DNA from: the human T2T-CHM13v2.0 reference genome, Homo sapiens
Length of the DNA stretch: 64,000 bases
Assembly (NCBI RefSeq): GCF_009914755.1
Contig: NC_060932.1
Direction: 5' to 3' (one strand)
Part shown: positions 60,479-64,000 of the stretch, in pieces
Layout of the letters: the number at the start of each line of letters is the position of its first letter
Position numbering within the stretch: the first letter of the stretch is position 1
The notes under the pieces: model-generated
What the model saw: the letters and a program-made list of their open reading frames with translations, nothing else
Database searches by the model: none
What the model was told of the DNA's origin: nothing
Program-made: the position numbers and the translations under genes

Positions 60479-61279
60479 CCATACATACTCAAACCATGCT
60501 CTTCACCTATTTCTCAGATTCAAGCATTATGAAGATTTTTTTACATTTGCATTTTTTTTCCTTTGTTGAAGTATTTAAAGAACATGGGGCTGAAACATTT
60601 TAAAGCAAATGCTTCATGTTACAGCATTTTGTCACTATCTACTTCAATATGCATTTCTATAAAATGGAAACATTTTTCTGCTGTAGACATTATCACATCT
60701 AATAGAACAAACAATGACAAAGTTAACAATAAAGTTAATATTTATTTGGTAGTCATACTTTGCCTATTGTTTCAAAAATATGTCTGCATAATTGATTTAT
60801 TCTAAAGAGAATCCAGACAAGATTCACATATATTTGGTTTTTAGGTGTTTTACGGCCTTTTTAAATAAGCAGCTCCTTCCGAATGTTTTATTGTTGAAGG
60901 GGAGGGATGGCTAATTTGTTGTGTTTTATGTCATTGAAAATTAGTTGTTATGTACTTTTTTCTTGCATATTTTTGAATTGGTTCCTAAATGTGACAGGGT
61001 CAAGAATAAATGCATACATTATTTTTTAATTATTGCTCAGTTTTTCTCTGTAGAGGTTATATTATTGTTTATTCCCACCAACAATAGGAAGGCTTTATTT
61101 CCCCCACAGCTTTCCTATCAGGGAATATTGTCAAATTTTTGCATGGTTTTCAAACTAATAGATAATAAGTGGTATTCCAATATAGTTCAAATTTATATTT
61201 CTTTTATTAGGCATAATTAGTTTATTTTCAGATGCTGAAAGGACATTTTTATTTCCTCTTCTGTTAAGTATTTTTGTTG

Positions 61280-63000
61280 TCAGCAGCTTTTGAAACCCTT
61301 GATCACTACCTCTTTGATAAAATACTTTTTTCCTTTCACTTCCAAGACAGACCACTCACCTTGCCTCTCCTCTCCTTCATGACCCATTCTTCTCTCCTCT
61401 CTCCACCAGGTGATTCTTCTCTTACCGATCTCTAAATATCAGGTAGTCCCAAAACTCAGTATTTGAACATCTTTTGTCCATCTATATTCACTCATTGGGG
61501 AATTTCATCCTGTCTTGTGGCCTTAAAATACCATCTACACACTCATGGCAATTCCCAGATATATACTTTTAGACCCTAACATTCCCCTAAATAATATAAA
61601 AATATGTAATTGACCGCTTGACGTTTTCTTCAATATTAAACCATACACTTCTTCACTCTCACACCTTAGGGTGAACCGCTCCTGTTATCCCTCCTCTTCC
61701 TGCCTCTTTTGCTGTAATTGCTCAAGCCAAACTGCTTAGAGTCATCAAGAACTCCTCTTTCTCTCTCAGACTCCACTTCTAATCCAGAAACACATTTAGT
61801 TAGCCCTACCAAAATCTGGCCATTTTATCACCATCTACATCATTACAATTCCAGCCTGAGATACCACCATCACTCTCTTTGAATTTGTCAATAGCCCTCT
61901 GGCTGGTCTTCCTGTTTTTATGTTATTCTAGCTTTCACCTTGTCTTCTTGCCATACAGCATCCAGAATGATCCTTTTAAAATATGTCAGATTAAATCCAA
62001 CAATTTCATCTCTGGATATATGCTCAAAAGAATTGAAGACAGGGTTGTGAAGACCTGTTCATAGCAGCCATAGCCAATAGGTAGAAGCTTATTGTCAAAT
62101 GTCCACCTACAGATGAATGGATAAACAAAATGTAATATATACATGCAATGGAATATTATTTAGCTTTAAAAAGGAGGAAATTCTGATATATGCTACAGTA
62201 TGCATGAACCTTGAGGATATTATGCTAAGTGAAATAAACCCCTCACAAAAAGACAAATATGATTCCACTTATGTGAGGTATCTAGAGTAGCCAAACTACT
62301 CTAGACATGAGATATCTAGGCGTATCTAAAAATGGAAAGTAGAATGCTGGTTGCCAGGAGTTAGATGCGGTGGAAAATTGAGAGTAATTGTTTAACGAGT
62401 ATAAAGTTTCGATTTTGCAAGATGAAAAAGTTCTGGAAATTGGTTGCACAACACTGTGAATGTACTTAACACTACTGAACTGTAGACTCAAAAATAGGAT
62501 GGTAAATTTTATGTTTTATGCATTTTAACCATAATTTTAAAAAATAATAAATTAAAAAATATGTCAGATCATGAGGTAGATCTTCTTCAAACCCACCCAT
62601 AAATGTCCTTTTCACTCAGAATAAAGTCCAGAATTCATATCAGAACCTTCAAAATGTTATATGATCTGCACATCTCTGCCCACCACCCACCCCTGACCTC
62701 ATCTTCTACTAGTCAGTCTTTGTCTCAATTTGCCATTGTTTTCCCACTGATCCTTGAGCTAGTCAAAAGTGTTTCTCACTTGGGTCCTTCACACGTGATG
62801 TTTTCTGAGATATTTATATGACTCCATTTCCCCTCTTCAGAGAAGCATTTCCTGTCCACCCTATTTAAAAAGAACGCTCTTCTCATCAGTTGTCAGCTCC
62901 TTACTTGGTTTATTTTTTTTCATATCCCTTAACAACACTTAATATATAGTATTTCATTTTTGTACTATTTTCCTCTCCCTATGAGAATATAAACCAAAAA
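61280..63000 (+). mobile_element. L2 fragment interrupted by an L1MB
   Basis: ctatattcactc; ccaccatcactctctttg...tagccctctggctggtcttcctg; cttcagagaagcatttcctg. Confidence 0.75.
61992..62555 (+). mobile_element. L1MB 3' end with TSD aaaatatgtcagat
   Basis: gatgaaaaagttctggaaattggttgcacaac; TSD at 61978-61991 and 62556-62569. Confidence 0.88.
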
Positions 63001-63051
63001 ACTATTTAATGTCCTATGGTCAATCAAAAAGTCTTATAAAAATTTATGATT

Positions 63052-63343
63052 GGCTGGGCTCAGTGGCTCACGCCTGTAATCCCAGCACTTTGGGAGGCCG
63101 AGGCGGGTGGATCACGAGGTCAGGAGATCAAGACGGTTAATACGGTGAAACCTCGTCTCTGCTAAAACTACAAAAGATTAGCCGGGCTTTGTGGCGGGCA
63201 CCTGTAGTCCCAGCTACTCAGGAGGCTGAGGCAGGAGAATGGCGTGAATACAGGAGGCGGAGCTAGCAGTGAGCCGAGATCGCACCACTGCCCTCCAGCC
63301 TGGGCGACAGAGCAAGACTCCAACTCAAAAAAAAAAAAAAAAA
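63052..63343 (+). mobile_element. AluY-like with a small internal deletion
   Basis: ggatcacgaggtcaggagatc; ggagaatggcgtgaa; ggaggcggagc. Confidence 0.93.
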
Positions 63344-63849
63344 TGTGATTAACTGGTGAGGGAAGAAGAGGAGAGTAGAGGCAAGGTGATTGGGCTGTCT
63401 TGGAAGTTAAATGAAACAAGTATTTTATCAAAGAGGTAGTGATCAGTTTCTGCAAAACGAAAAAAAAAACCAAATATTTTACTTTTTACACAGTACTATT
63501 ACATTTCCAGCAGCAGAATAGTGTCTGATACATAACTGAAGCTTGACAAATAATTGTTAAATAAATGAATAAGTAGATGAATAAATTGTATAAATTAAGT
63601 GTTCCAATTCCTGGTACAATTATATTTTTCAAAATATATATTTTTCAAATTTATATTCTGATATGGGAGGCTTTGTTTAAAGCTACAAATAGACATATTG
63701 GTTTCAAGTGCTGATAAATTGCATTTTTTGTCATCAAGACCAAGGTAGATGATAAATAATGATAGATGTCTTTAAAATAATACATTCTATCTCCTTATGT
63801 CTTCAGAAACCACCTAGGGTTTCTACTCCATGGGTTGCTTTTCCTTCAC

Positions 63850-63990
63850 CTGATAATGTCTGAGTATCCAACTGATGTTTCTACTCTTCTTCCCTCTGCA
63901 GTTGATCATAAGACTTTTTGATTGATTGACTATAACCAGTAATGGTGCCAATTTACTAGAGTCCCATTAAAAATAGGATCCTATAATGTC
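63850..63990 (-). pseudogene. Candidate decayed exon 1 (3' boundary uncertain)
   Basis: Acceptor ttactcttag| at the window edge and possible donor CAG|gtgaag. Reads TL*DPIFNGTLVNWHHYWL*SI, then an AATC duplication, then KKSYDQLQREEE*KHQLDTQTLS. Confidence 0.35.
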
Positions 63991-64000
63991 CTAAGAGTAA

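Noticed and set aside
63850-63990. Resemblance of LxDPIFNGTLVNW to a protein-kinase C-terminal motif, and of VCATFLKRGAC to a CCCH finger or ankyrin repeat
   Set aside because: The matches are too short to support a family assignment without an HMM search, so no gene symbol is given.

Overview
AT-rich primate (human-like) nuclear DNA dominated by interspersed repeats: a full-length L1PA (8421-14618), several older L1PA/L1PB/L1MA/L1MB/L1MC/L1ME pieces, eight Alus, MaLR/ERVL/ERV1 LTRs, L2, MIR and microsatellites. I found no intact protein-coding gene, and the ORF-track ORFs are retroelement fragments or chance ORFs. The main non-repeat signal is a chain of about nine short segments on the minus strand, spread across the window and mostly bounded by AG/GT splice sites. 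Spliced together they give protein-like sequence broken by stops and homopolymer frameshifts, and one segment appears split by the full-length L1. I read this as a candidate decayed multi-exon gene (unitary pseudogene or spliced lncRNA) that I could not name. There are also several template-switch or repair scars: a 178-bp inverted duplication with an L1-derived linker, a 13-bp minisatellite inserted in L1 ORF2, and a duplicated palindrome. A poly(A)-tailed LTR fragment with TSD and a twin-primed old L1 are also present. Repeat subfamily names are from recalled consensus motifs, not a RepeatMasker run.
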